A stretch of DNA of 64,000 nucleotides from an uncultured Eubacterium sp. (GTDB lineage Bacteria; Bacillota; Clostridia; Lachnospirales; Lachnospiraceae), in contig USBB01000007.1 of NCBI GenBank assembly GCA_900552795.1, forward strand, positions 1,753-65,752, given 5' to 3'. A program made the position numbers and the translations under genes. This document shows, piece by piece, positions 41,738 through 50,064 of the stretch. Below the pieces are notes generated by a model. The model was not told where the DNA came from. It ran no database searches and worked only from the letters and a program-made list of their open reading frames with translations. Numbering within the stretch: the first letter of the stretch is position 1; each line of letters begins with the position of its first letter.

Positions 41738-43936
41738 CTATGTAAAAGATTCTTCTAAAGACTGCTGTCTTACCAGTTCGGCATACTTTCCGCCTGATTC
41801 ACTGAGTTCCCTATGTGTGCCCTGCTCAATAATCTTCCCTTTATCCATAACGAAAATTCTGTCACAGTCTTTAATTGTGCTTAATCTGTGCGCAATAAAA
41901 ATTGTAGTCATTTCCTTAGAAAATTCATTTATTGTTTTATCCAAAGCCCGCTCTGTTATTGAGTCCAGATTACTTGTCGCTTCATCCAATATCAGAATAT
42001 CAGGCTTTTTAAGCATGGCTCTTGCTATCGCAAGTCTCTGGCGCTGTCCGCCTGACAGATTTGCGCCATTTTCTTCAAGCCTTGTCTCATATCTTAATGG
42101 CAGCTCATTTATAAAATCATGTGCCTGCGCCAGCTTGGCTGCCTCCACAACGTTATCCATATCTACATCGTCCATTCCAAGCACTAAATTATCATAAATA
42201 CTTCCGCTGAACAAAAATGTCTCCTGCGGTATATAAGCTATTCTTTCACGCAGACATTCAAGCCTTATATCTTCTATATTATTACCGTTTATTAAAATTT
42301 CCCCTTTTTCAGGAGAATATAAGTGCAGCAGCAATTTTGACAATGTAGTCTTTCCTGAACCGCTCTCGCCTACAAAAGCAACTTTCTCTCCCTTTTTAAT
42401 CGTAAGATTTATGTCAGAAAGCACCTGTCGTCTTGTTCCGTACCTGAAATCAAGATTTCTTATCTGTATATCGCCTGCTAAAGTAAGCGGCGCCATTTTC
42501 CTGCTTTCTTTCTCTGTCTTTTCTGCCTCCAAATCAAGAATTTCACCTAACCTGTCAGCAGCTACAACGGCCGTCTGCATTTGGGGCTGAAGATTAATTA
42601 AATTCTTCACCGGATCAAGAAAATATACCAGCAGCGAATTAAATGTTATTAACGCTCCTATCGTCATTTCTCCGTTAATAACGCTCACGCCGCCTACCCA
42701 AAGTATAATTACGCCGCCCACAAGCTCTACAAAAATCTTAAGCGACGATTGCATATTACTTACCCATGACAATTTAAATATGCTTTTTAACAGCTTAACA
42801 AACTTAATCTCCGTTTCAAGCTTCACTTTTCTTTCTGCATTATATGCTTTTACCATCTGAATTCCGTTTAAGGATTCCACCATATATGACGTAAGCTGTG
42901 AATTGTCTTCCATCTGCTTTCTGTTAAGCTTTTCATACCATTTGTTAAAAGTAAGTACTATAATCACATACAGCACTACTATAATTACGGCAATTACAAA
43001 AAGCTTTACATTCTGAATACACAAAATAACAGCTCCGGCAACTGCCATGATTGTATCAATCATTATAGTTAATGTCGCCCCCGATATGGCATCCCTGACA
43101 TTTCCCGCATCATTAAATCTTGATATTATTTCACCGACACGCCTTGTTCCAAAAAAATTCATTGGCAGTTCTAAAACGTGCCTGTAATACCCAAGAAGTA
43201 AGGCTATATCAAGCTTCTGACTAAGATACAATAGCAAATGCGAACGAATTGCACTTAACACTACCTTAAAGACATTGAGCAATATTACGCCTATAGAAAG
43301 CGTCATCAGCGTTTTTCTTAATCCGTCCGGCAAAACGCTGTCTATTAACTCCTTAAAATAAAATGCACCGAGTATTCCCAAAATGGTATACACAAGTGAT
43401 GCAATAAAAATATGTAACAATAATTTTTTCTGAGGTAAAAGCAGATGAAAAAAGCGTCCGAACAGTCCCTTTGTCTCGTTACCTTTTGTAAATGTCTCAT
43501 TCTTAACAAGCAAAATAAGTATGCCGCTCCACTGATATTTGGGCGGCTTTCCCTCATCATGTACTTCCCCGAAAAACTCTTCCGGCGTAAGCTTCACAAT
43601 TCCCACACCTGGATCTGCTATTATTACCTGCTTTTTTGTAATTTTATGAATTACAACATAATGTAATAAATTTCCGTCCACAATAACATGTGCAATACAC
43701 GGAAGCGGAAATTCCGAAAAAAATGCTTCTTTATTTCCCTTGACGCCTTTTGCACTAAACCCCAATCCTTCTGCAGCCTTTATCACTCCATACGCATTTG
43801 TTCCCTGCTTATCCGTGCCTGCAACTTCGCGTATTTTTGTTATGCCTATCCCGTAACCGTTTTGTTTGCATATCGTTGCCAGACAGGCAGCACCACAATC
43901 CGTGATGTCATGCTGCTTTATGCAATAGTATTTCAT
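41738..43936 (-). CDS. Peptidase-C39-domain ABC transporter (double-glycine leader cleaving bacteriocin exporter, LagD/ComA-type)
   Basis: N-terminal C39 domain with QHDITDCGAACLATI (catalytic Cys), six-TM domain, Walker A GESGSGKTT, LSGGQRQR signature. Confidence 0.85.
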   Translation of the reverse strand: MKYYCIKQHDITDCGAACLATICKQNGYGIGITKIREVAGTDKQGTNAYGVIKAAEGLGFSAKGVKGNKEAFFSEFPLPCIAHVIVDGNLLHYVVIHKITKKQVIIADPGVGIVKLTPEEFFGEVHDEGKPPKYQWSGILILLVKNETFTKGNETKGLFGRFFHLLLPQKKLLLHIFIASLVYTILGILGAFYFKELIDSVLPDGLRKTLMTLSIGVILLNVFKVVLSAIRSHLLLYLSQKLDIALLLGYYRHVLELPMNFFGTRRVGEIISRFNDAGNVRDAISGATLTIMIDTIMAVAGAVILCIQNVKLFVIAVIIVVLYVIIVLTFNKWYEKLNRKQMEDNSQLTSYMVESLNGIQMVKAYNAERKVKLETEIKFVKLLKSIFKLSWVSNMQSSLKIFVELVGGVIILWVGGVSVINGEMTIGALITFNSLLVYFLDPVKNLINLQPQMQTAVVAADRLGEILDLEAEKTEKESRKMAPLTLAGDIQIRNLDFRYGTRRQVLSDINLTIKKGEKVAFVGESGSGKTTLSKLLLHLYSPEKGEILINGNNIEDIRLECLRERIAYIPQETFLFSGSIYDNLVLGMDDVDMDNVVEAAKLAQAHDFINELPLRYETRLEENGANLSGGQRQRLAIARAMLKKPDILILDEATSNLDSITERALDKTINEFSKEMTTIFIAHRLSTIKDCDRIFVMDKGKIIEQGTHRELSESGGKYAELVRQQSLEESFT

Positions 43937-43990
43937 ACTTACTCCCCCCCAAATATCTGTAAAGTCAATCTATTCTGAAACTAAAATAAT

Positions 43991-44932
43991 TTAAAATATA
44001 ATAAAAAATGATACGATAATTCCCAATACACTTATTATAATAAAACCTATTTTTCCAAAGGTCTTTCCGATAATGAACTCCAAAAAAGAAATAATAAATC
44101 TAAAACCATCTAACATAACAATCGGCAATAAATTAAAAAAACAAACTGATAAAGAAAATACACTTAACACAATCATACATTTGTTTAAGCTGTATCTTAT
44201 TCCCGTAGTTACAGATATATTATCAATACCGCCTCCTGACCATGCTAAATCTTCTGCAACACTGGTCTCGCCCGTTAATGTATCCTTAAATACATCTGTC
44301 ATCATGCCTGCCGACTTAAAAAATGAATTAACAGAATCTCTTATTTTACTTCCTATGCTGTTGTCAAATAAAAGTCCTAAATCATCACCTGTATAATAAA
44401 TTTCATATTTTATTCTGTCTCCGTCAGCCTTGCGAACAGTAAAAATATTTTTCTCTTCTTCCTGTAATAAATAATCTATATCATCTTCATGAAAAACTCT
44501 CACCCCATTAATACTGCGTAAAATATCGCCTTTCTGAATACCTGCTTCCGTTAGCGTTCCTGCACTGACATTCTCAATCCTTAGCCCTTCCATATTCGCG
44601 GCAAGCACCGTGAACAAAAATGCCAACACAAAATTCATAATGGGACCGGCTATGACAATAGCCATTTTCTTGAGATTATATTTTCTTACCCCTGTTTTAG
44701 GAATAACATCCCCATTAAATGTATCAAATTCCTTAATACTGCATACCCCTCCTACAGGCAGGAGCCTCATACAATATTTAATTCCATTTCGATTTACGGA
44801 AAATATTTTCGGACCAATACCTGCCTCAAAAGTCTCTACCGTAAAACCTGTCCACCGTGCCACAATGTAATGCCCCAGTTCATGGAACAAAACTATAATA
44901 TATAAGCCAATATAAATTAAAATATACTCCAT
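43991..44932 (-). CDS. RseP-like M50 site-2 protease paralog (HExxH, PDZ, LDG)
   Basis: HELGHYIVARW zinc motif in TM1, central PDZ region, NLLPIVMLDGF motif. First gene of the exporter operon. Confidence 0.75.
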   Translation of the reverse strand: MEYILIYIGLYIIVLFHELGHYIVARWTGFTVETFEAGIGPKIFSVNRNGIKYCMRLLPVGGVCSIKEFDTFNGDVIPKTGVRKYNLKKMAIVIAGPIMNFVLAFLFTVLAANMEGLRIENVSAGTLTEAGIQKGDILRSINGVRVFHEDDIDYLLQEEEKNIFTVRKADGDRIKYEIYYTGDDLGLLFDNSIGSKIRDSVNSFFKSAGMMTDVFKDTLTGETSVAEDLAWSGGGIDNISVTTGIRYSLNKCMIVLSVFSLSVCFFNLLPIVMLDGFRFIISFLEFIIGKTFGKIGFIIISVLGIIVSFFIIF

Positions 44933-45034
44933 ACCACTATTTGTCCGATTTTTTCGTTGTTTTATTATTTGTATAAACGCACACCACCGCTTTACACGAT
45001 GGTATGCGCCACAAGCTTTGCTAATAAATACTGA

Positions 45035-45220
45035 TTATAACAAAGTTATTAAATTAGACATTACTTTTCCAAACAATACACCGACATGATATGAAGATAT
45101 AATTGCAGCACCTGATACAATAATAATAAATGCCATTTTATAGTATAGCTTTTGAAATTCTTTAAAAAATTTTTCTATTTTATCGCTCAAGTTCCGGACA
45201 CCTCTCTTCACTTTAGACAT
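45035..45220 (-). CDS. Hypothetical small membrane protein
   Basis: 61 aa with a basic N-terminus and one TM segment. Confidence 0.3.
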   Translation of the reverse strand: MSKVKRGVRNLSDKIEKFFKEFQKLYYKMAFIIIVSGAAIISSYHVGVLFGKVMSNLITLL

Positions 45221-45338
45221 TACAGTAAACCATAATTGCTTTGTGTTTCTTAAAATAATATTTTATTTAAGAACATCCTTCTAAGGCTCCGCCACAAAAT
45301 GCCAAAATATTTCCTAGTCCAAATTAATGGTTAAAACT

Positions 45339-45521
45339 TCATTTTTCGTATAAAAATGCAAAATATATATTAATTGCAGCAAATACTAACGTAATAATAA
45401 GTGTTTCTATACTTATATTTTTATATGTCATAATCATATATATTTGGTCAACCACGCATAAAATCAATATTATGGAAAAAATTTCATAAACATATTTATT
45501 TACAAATTTTGATAAATCCAT
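45339..45521 (-). CDS. Small two-TM membrane protein (cassette copy 1; diverged paralog of 49797-49979)
   Basis: 60 aa; about 85% identical to the copy-2 ORF. Confidence 0.4.
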   Translation of the reverse strand: MDLSKFVNKYVYEIFSIILILCVVDQIYMIMTYKNISIETLIITLVFAAINIYFAFLYEK

Positions 45522-45605
45522 ATCTTATAGCATCATCCTCTTATTTGATAACAAGCACCTGAGACAAACTTATATCAGATACTTGTTGAAAGATAAACTA
45601 CCACG

Positions 45606-45977
45606 TCAATTAAATTTATTACTATTTTTAACAATTACATTAATAAAAAATACAATTATAATATAAAAAATATACTGTAGTATAAATATGTAACTCCACT
45701 CAAAAATACATATTTCAAAAAAATTCATATAAATTACAGATACAATATTCCATAATAAAAACCATACCAATGTAAATATCTGTACACAATTATCATAAAT
45801 AAAATATCTATTTTTGTATTTTTTATTGCTAACTATAATTAACATAAATGATATAGCCAAGTTTGTTAACGCATAATAATGCTTTGTTATAATGCTATTA
45901 TACAAACATATTATACATAACAATGCTTTCAATATATTATTTATTTTCTTCATTCTATTATAGCTCTTGTTAACCAA
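45606..45977 (-). CDS. Putative bacteriocin immunity protein (four-TM membrane protein)
   Basis: 123 aa, highly hydrophobic, immediately downstream of the structural peptides. Its 5' end overlaps the beta-peptide stop by 28 nt; the real start may be the internal MKKINN. Confidence 0.5.
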   Translation of the reverse strand: MVNKSYNRMKKINNILKALLCIICLYNSIITKHYYALTNLAISFMLIIVSNKKYKNRYFIYDNCVQIFTLVWFLLWNIVSVIYMNFFEICIFEWSYIFILQYIFYIIIVFFINVIVKNSNKFN

Positions 45978-46144
45978 TACGATGCTTCATATACTCCTGA
46001 TACAACAGCAACCGGTGGGCATACAACTGCTCCAATTACGCCTATTGCTGCTACACAATAAGTAAAATTTTCCCAATTCCAACCACCATTGATTTCAAAC
46101 AATTCTTCTATAGACAGAACGTTTAATAAATTCTCTTTTACCAT
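45950..46144 (-). CDS. Class IIb bacteriocin precursor, peptide beta (double-glycine leader)
   Basis: Leader MVKENLLNVLSIEELFEINGG, then the 43 aa core WNWENFTYCVAAIGVIGAVVCPPVAVVSGVYEASYWLTRAIIE with AxxxG/GxxxA motifs. Confidence 0.75.
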   Translation of the reverse strand: MVKENLLNVLSIEELFEINGGWNWENFTYCVAAIGVIGAVVCPPVAVVSGVYEASYWLTRAIIE

Positions 46145-46156
46145 TTGTTCCTCCTG

Positions 46157-46375
46157 TTAAGAATTACACGCAGCATAGATTCCAACACCTACTGCTACAA
46201 CACAAGCACCAATACAAACACCTGCGCCAACAGGTCCTAATCCCAAAGCACTACCCGCAACAGATAATCCTTTAACTATACCTGAGCCAACAGTTGCGAA
46301 AAAACCGCCACCATCAATTTCTTTCAGCTCATTCTGCGTCATCTCACAAAATCCATCACTTAACGTCATTTCCAT
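46157..46375 (-). CDS. Class IIb bacteriocin precursor, peptide alpha (double-glycine leader)
   Basis: Leader …MTQNELKEIDGG, then a Gly-rich 49 aa core GFFATVGSGIVKGLSVAGSALGLGPVGAGVCIGACVVAVGVGIYAACNS (multiple GxxxG). RBS AAGGAGA. Confidence 0.75.
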   Translation of the reverse strand: MEMTLSDGFCEMTQNELKEIDGGGFFATVGSGIVKGLSVAGSALGLGPVGAGVCIGACVVAVGVGIYAACNS

Positions 46376-46469
46376 TTGTTTTAATCTCCTTTTTCTATAA
46401 ATTTCTTTACACTTATATGAAAAAGCTATATAATTTACCCGGGCGCTTTTTCTTAAGTGCTTACTTTGT

Positions 46470-46536
46470 GGGTTTTGGTACTTTCTTTAAATTTCACCAA
46501 AACCCTTTTTATATAAATCAGCATTGAATATATCAA
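46470..46536 (-). promoter_or_regulatory. Bacteriocin operon promoter (-35 TTGATA / 17 nt / -10 TATAAA) with an overlapping operator-like palindrome GGGTTTTGGT-N16-ACCAAAACCC
   Basis: Minus strand: TTGATA (46531-46536 rc), TATAAA (46508-46513 rc). A 10 bp inverted repeat at 46470-46505 overlaps the predicted transcription start site. Confidence 0.45.
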
Positions 46537-46550
46537 TACTGAATTATATC

Positions 46551-47009
46551 CTATAATATATTAGGATTTATTCCAACATATATGTTACTTAAAGTATTTT
46601 CTATATTATGTATGTCTACGGATTGCGTCACATTGTATCCTACCGTAATCGGCTGCAGTTTATTTCTTTCTATGTACTTATTTAATTCATTACACGCATC
46701 CTGCAACCCTACCGGATTTCCCTTATATGACATCATAACTGCATTTACAATTTTCAGTTCTTTCTTGAACTTATATTCACCTATACTTTCAATTTCATTA
46801 CTTACAGGTATAAGAATTTCCATATCAATAAATTCACCATCAATCCCATATGTTGCCATTATCGGATATGCTATTCTTTTTGCGCCTCTCCCGTTTATTT
46901 TCAACTCCATATCTCTGCCTATACTTTCTAATTTGCTTTGAAGTATCTTACCTCTGTATGATAATAGGTTATTTAATTTTAATTCCTGATTTTCTTTAAT
47001 TTCTATCAT
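46551..47009 (-). CDS. Stand-alone GyrI-like (SbmC/AraC effector-binding fold) protein
   Basis: 152 aa with the pattern typical of the GyrI-like small-molecule-binding domain. No DNA-binding domain. Present only in cassette copy 1. Confidence 0.45.
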   Translation of the reverse strand: MIEIKENQELKLNNLLSYRGKILQSKLESIGRDMELKINGRGAKRIAYPIMATYGIDGEFIDMEILIPVSNEIESIGEYKFKKELKIVNAVMMSYKGNPVGLQDACNELNKYIERNKLQPITVGYNVTQSVDIHNIENTLSNIYVGINPNIL

Positions 47010-47064
47010 ATTCTCACCCCTTTAAAATACAAATCACTCAAACAACAATTGATATTGTAATTAC

Positions 47065-47238
47065 CTATTCTTTTTCTTTCTTATCCAAAAATATCAATCC
47101 ACCTATCACTATCGCTTCAATAATACATTTAATACTAATTTCTGATGTTCTAAAAAATATGTAAAACAATTCTATTATAGTAAGTCCAAGCACTACATAT
47201 GCAGCAATGTCTATAACCCTACGCAATTTATTTTTCAT
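47065..47238 (-). CDS. Small two-TM membrane protein (57 aa from MKNKLRRV)
   Basis: Start chosen at the internal Met immediately after an AAAGGGGG RBS. The ORF-track start at 47271 lies inside a terminator hairpin. Confidence 0.4.
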   Translation of the reverse strand: MKNKLRRVIDIAAYVVLGLTIIELFYIFFRTSEISIKCIIEAIVIGGLIFLDKKEKE

Positions 47239-47255
47239 TTTTACCCCCTTTAAAA

Positions 47256-47397
47256 CACAAAAAGGCCGCAATGAAATTCATTGCGACCGAACTATCATAG
47301 CATACCTTTTATATGCCTTAGACTCCAAGCTTTGCGTCCTTACATTTCTATAAGTTTGCCCCTCACATAAATAGACTTTTTATTTTCCACCTGTCAA
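47256..47397 (-). ncRNA. Candidate small RNA / cis-acting leader with its own promoter and intrinsic terminator (duplicated at 51285-51460)
   Basis: Minus strand: TTGACA (47392-47397 rc), 18 nt spacer, TATTTA, then about 105 nt with no ORF. Ends in hairpin GGTCGCAATGAA-t-TTCATTGCGGCC followed by TTTTT (47256-47288), directly before the RBS of the 57 aa gene. Confidence 0.35.
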
Positions 47398-47563
47398 TCT
47401 ATTTACCATTTAATTTCCTCTCTGATAAAAGATATCACTCTATATAAATTTCGTCAACTGCTTTTTTGCATAAAAATACTAAAACCGTTAAAAAATACAA
47501 AAAATATATAAAATTTTCTATAATATTGCATAAACACTAAATATATCAGTTAAAAGTTGTATT

Positions 47564-47752
47564 TTATTCTTTTGTCACTACAAAAATAACACTAAAAATG
47601 CTTCTTGTATAATATACAAACACCCCGGTCAATATAGCACCTATAATACTTCCAACAACCACTCCTATTGCCTCTGTGTACTTCATAAAATTTCTCACTT
47701 TCACTGAATAAAAAATGAACAGTATTATAAATCTATCTTTTACACAGTACAA
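47564..47752 (-). CDS. Small membrane protein (40-62 aa)
   Basis: Hydrophobic, with GxxxG-like IGVVVGSIIGAILTG. Likely start at the internal MKYTE. Confidence 0.35.
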   Translation of the reverse strand: MYCVKDRFIILFIFYSVKVRNFMKYTEAIGVVVGSIIGAILTGVFVYYTRSIFSVIFVVTKE

Positions 47753-47756
47753 TAAT

Positions 47757-47936
47757 TCATTCTCTTTTTTTATGTAAGAAGAAGATATTTACCACATCTA
47801 TAATCGCTAATACAACCACTAAACTTTGAACTATTACAAACATATTCCCAGCAACACCATTGATTGCCATGCAGAATAACACTACTCCTATAATAATTAG
47901 AAGAGCACCTGCAATAATTGTAACTTTTTTATTCAT
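47757..47936 (-). CDS. Small two-TM membrane protein, 59 aa (below the ORF-track cutoff)
   Basis: Hand translation: MNKKVTIIAGALLIIIGVVLFCMAINGVAGNMFVIVQSLVVVLAIIDVVNIFFLHKKREN. Confidence 0.35.
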   Translation of the reverse strand: MNKKVTIIAGALLIIIGVVLFCMAINGVAGNMFVIVQSLVVVLAIIDVVNIFFLHKKRE

Positions 47937-47976
47937 ATTCTTCCTAATCCTTATAGATTATTATTCAGGCATACGT

Positions 47977-48090
47977 TTAAAATTTTAGCAATAAATATGC
48001 TCCTAAAATCAATCCTAATGCAAAACCTGTTTTAACCAATGTTGGCAACAATTCCTTTAATGTATGTCCACAAATCATAAAATCTTTCAT
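47977..48090 (-). CDS. Candidate 37 aa hydrophobic peptide (below the ORF-track cutoff)
   Basis: Hand translation: MKDFMICGHTLKELLPTLVKTGFALGLILGAYLLLKF. No double-glycine leader. Confidence 0.25.
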   Translation of the reverse strand: MKDFMICGHTLKELLPTLVKTGFALGLILGAYLLLKF

Positions 48091-48246
48091 TTTTTCACTC
48101 CTATTAGATTCTAATACAATATTGTTAACTGCTCTTCATCATGCGGTGACTTTATCGCCAATCCACTTTCTTTCATTTTTACCGTAAATTACTAATTTTC
48201 TTTTTAAAAAACATAATATCCACAATTCTATTTTTAAACCAACAAC

Positions 48247-48408
48247 TTAATCACCGGTTTCACTTTTAAAAAACTGTGAATACATCGTTATTGCTAATAA
48301 AAGCATGGCAATATCTCTAATAGCGTCCATATATAATGAACTTATAAAACATATTACTAAATCAATTACAATGCAAATAACACATAATAAGAATACTATT
48401 TTTTTCAT
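48247..48408 (-). CDS. Small two-TM membrane protein, 53 aa (below the ORF-track cutoff)
   Basis: Hand translation: MKKIVFLLCVICIVIDLVICFISSLYMDAIRDIAMLLLAITMYSQFFKSETGD. Confidence 0.3.
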   Translation of the reverse strand: MKKIVFLLCVICIVIDLVICFISSLYMDAIRDIAMLLLAITMYSQFFKSETGD

Positions 48409-48477
48409 ATCATAAATCCATCGCCATTAATACTTTCAAGTTCATTTTGCTTTTAACATCTTTCTTCACTCTACATA

Positions 48478-49152
48478 CTACAACAATGTACCAACAGTAT
48501 TATTAACCACATGTATAATAATCACCATGGCAATGCTGTCTGTTTTTTTGTATATAACTCCAAGAAGCATTCCTAATAAAGAATAATAACTTAATTCTAA
48601 AAGCGAAAAACCACTATGCATCACTCCAAAAGAAACAGCCACTAATATTACTGCCAAATACCCATTTAAAAAAGGAATTTTTGATATAAGCCAATTTTGA
48701 TATATATATCTAAACAAAATTTCCTCGACCACCGGACCTATTACACACACCACAATAACGCTCAATAGCTGCAATAATATTCCGCTATCATTAATTGAAT
48801 CTATTATCATCTCATTTTCTGTTAACATTTTACCATTTATGTAATATAAAACATTTGTAAAAATCAAATTAATTAATAAATATAATACAGAAAATGCAAA
48901 TGTTTGAAAAAACCATGCTTTTTTACTATCCCTATCCGCTATATCTTTGTAAATAGTCTTCCCATATAGCTTTACCGCCACAATCCCCAAAACAGCATAT
49001 ATTAAACAACTGACGATATGTGTAAGCTCGTCTGTACTTATTTTCTTTCCCAGCGCAAATGTTATTGCAATCACTAATAGTCCGACAAATATGGGACCTA
49101 ATGTATACATTACAATCAAAGTACTTACCATTTTTTTATTACGTGAATTCAA
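48478..49152 (-). CDS. CPBP-family (CAAX protease / Abi) intramembrane metalloprotease; bacteriocin self-immunity-type protein
   Basis: 224 aa, six to seven TM segments, with motifs EEILFRY, FGVMH and HVVNN characteristic of the CPBP/Abi family. Confidence 0.7.
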   Translation of the reverse strand: MNSRNKKMVSTLIVMYTLGPIFVGLLVIAITFALGKKISTDELTHIVSCLIYAVLGIVAVKLYGKTIYKDIADRDSKKAWFFQTFAFSVLYLLINLIFTNVLYYINGKMLTENEMIIDSINDSGILLQLLSVIVVCVIGPVVEEILFRYIYQNWLISKIPFLNGYLAVILVAVSFGVMHSGFSLLELSYYSLLGMLLGVIYKKTDSIAMVIIIHVVNNTVGTLL

Positions 49153-49192
49153 TTTAAATCTCCTGTCTTAAAATCTGTTTTATTATTTTGTA

Positions 49193-49375
49193 TTATTTAT
49201 TTTCCTCTGATGAAAACAAATATACCACCCCTATACTCCCAAAACCAATGCCGAATAATATATCTTTTATAGCAAAATTAATCTCATCATTATAAAACAT
49301 CAGTACTGCATCACAAAACATTAAAAAACACAATATAATAAAAATGATAAACAAAATCCTGTACTTTCTCTTCAT
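49193..49375 (-). CDS. Small two-TM membrane protein
   Basis: 60 aa hydrophobic ORF. Confidence 0.3.
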   Translation of the reverse strand: MKRKYRILFIIFIILCFLMFCDAVLMFYNDEINFAIKDILFGIGFGSIGVVYLFSSEENK

Positions 49376-49440
49376 TACAAATCACATCCCTTAAAAAATC
49401 AGAACAACAAATAATGTCCGAAATCAACATACAAACAATG

Positions 49441-49800
49441 CTATATATTTCTAACAGCAGTCCTGCCTAACTCAAAGAAAACAGGACATATAATAATCAA
49501 ATTATTAACAAATGTTACCGCAAAATAGTACAAATCCGCTTTTCTTTGTTTATCATCCGTCAGCAAATGTATTCCTGCAAATAATAATATAATCGATAAA
49601 ATAATATGATATTTACTAAAGCTGATAAATTCGATGCCTTTTAATAATATTTGGAGAATAGCTGTAATAGACGATAGCACTATCGTTATTTTCATATAAT
49701 CACATATTTTCTTATCACTATCCACACAAATTTTCACACTACATTCCTCTTTCTTATTTCTCATACAATATGCACTATTTTCGAATGCGCATGATTTCAC
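49441..49800 (-). CDS. Hypothetical membrane protein
   Basis: 119 aa ORF; likely true start at MKITIVL (~84 aa, three TM segments). Confidence 0.35.
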   Translation of the reverse strand: MKSCAFENSAYCMRNKKEECSVKICVDSDKKICDYMKITIVLSSITAILQILLKGIEFISFSKYHIILSIILLFAGIHLLTDDKQRKADLYYFAVTFVNNLIIICPVFFELGRTAVRNI

Positions 49801-49979
49801 TTTTTATGTAAAAATCCAAAATATATATTAATTGCAGCAAACACTAATGTTATAATAAGCGTTTCTATACTTATATTTTTATATCTCAACATCATATATA
49901 TTTGGTCAACCACGCATAAAATCAATATTACGGAAAAAATTTCATAAACATATTTATTTACAAATTTTGATAAATTCAT
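49797..49979 (-). CDS. Small two-TM membrane protein (cassette copy 2)
   Basis: Paralog of 45339-45521. Confidence 0.4.
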   Translation of the reverse strand: MNLSKFVNKYVYEIFSVILILCVVDQIYMMLRYKNISIETLIITLVFAAINIYFGFLHKK

Positions 49980-50064
49980 ATTTTATAACACCATCCCCTT
50001 ATTTTGATAACAAGCATCTGATACAAACTTATATCAGATACTTGCTGAAAGATAAACTACCACG

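Larger units (their letters stand above)
45345..46545. repeat. Direct repeat copy 1 of the bacteriocin cassette (about 1.2 kb, ~100% identical over 45600-46545 to 50059-51004)
   Basis: By-eye alignment with 49803-51005: identical ORF translations for the 123 aa, 64 aa and 72 aa genes. Confidence 0.8.

Noticed and set aside
46515-46560. LytTR/ComE-type direct repeats (ATTCAGTAT … ATTCAATGC) upstream of the bacteriocin -35
   Set aside because: Repeat period is about 15 bp rather than the about 21 bp required for LytTR regulators, and no LytTR regulator gene is present.
48100-48180. 21 aa ORF MKESGLAIKSPHDEEQLTILY (minus strand) as a possible inducing peptide
   Set aside because: No double-glycine leader, no hydrophobic/amphipathic pheromone character, no RBS. 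Most likely non-coding spacer.
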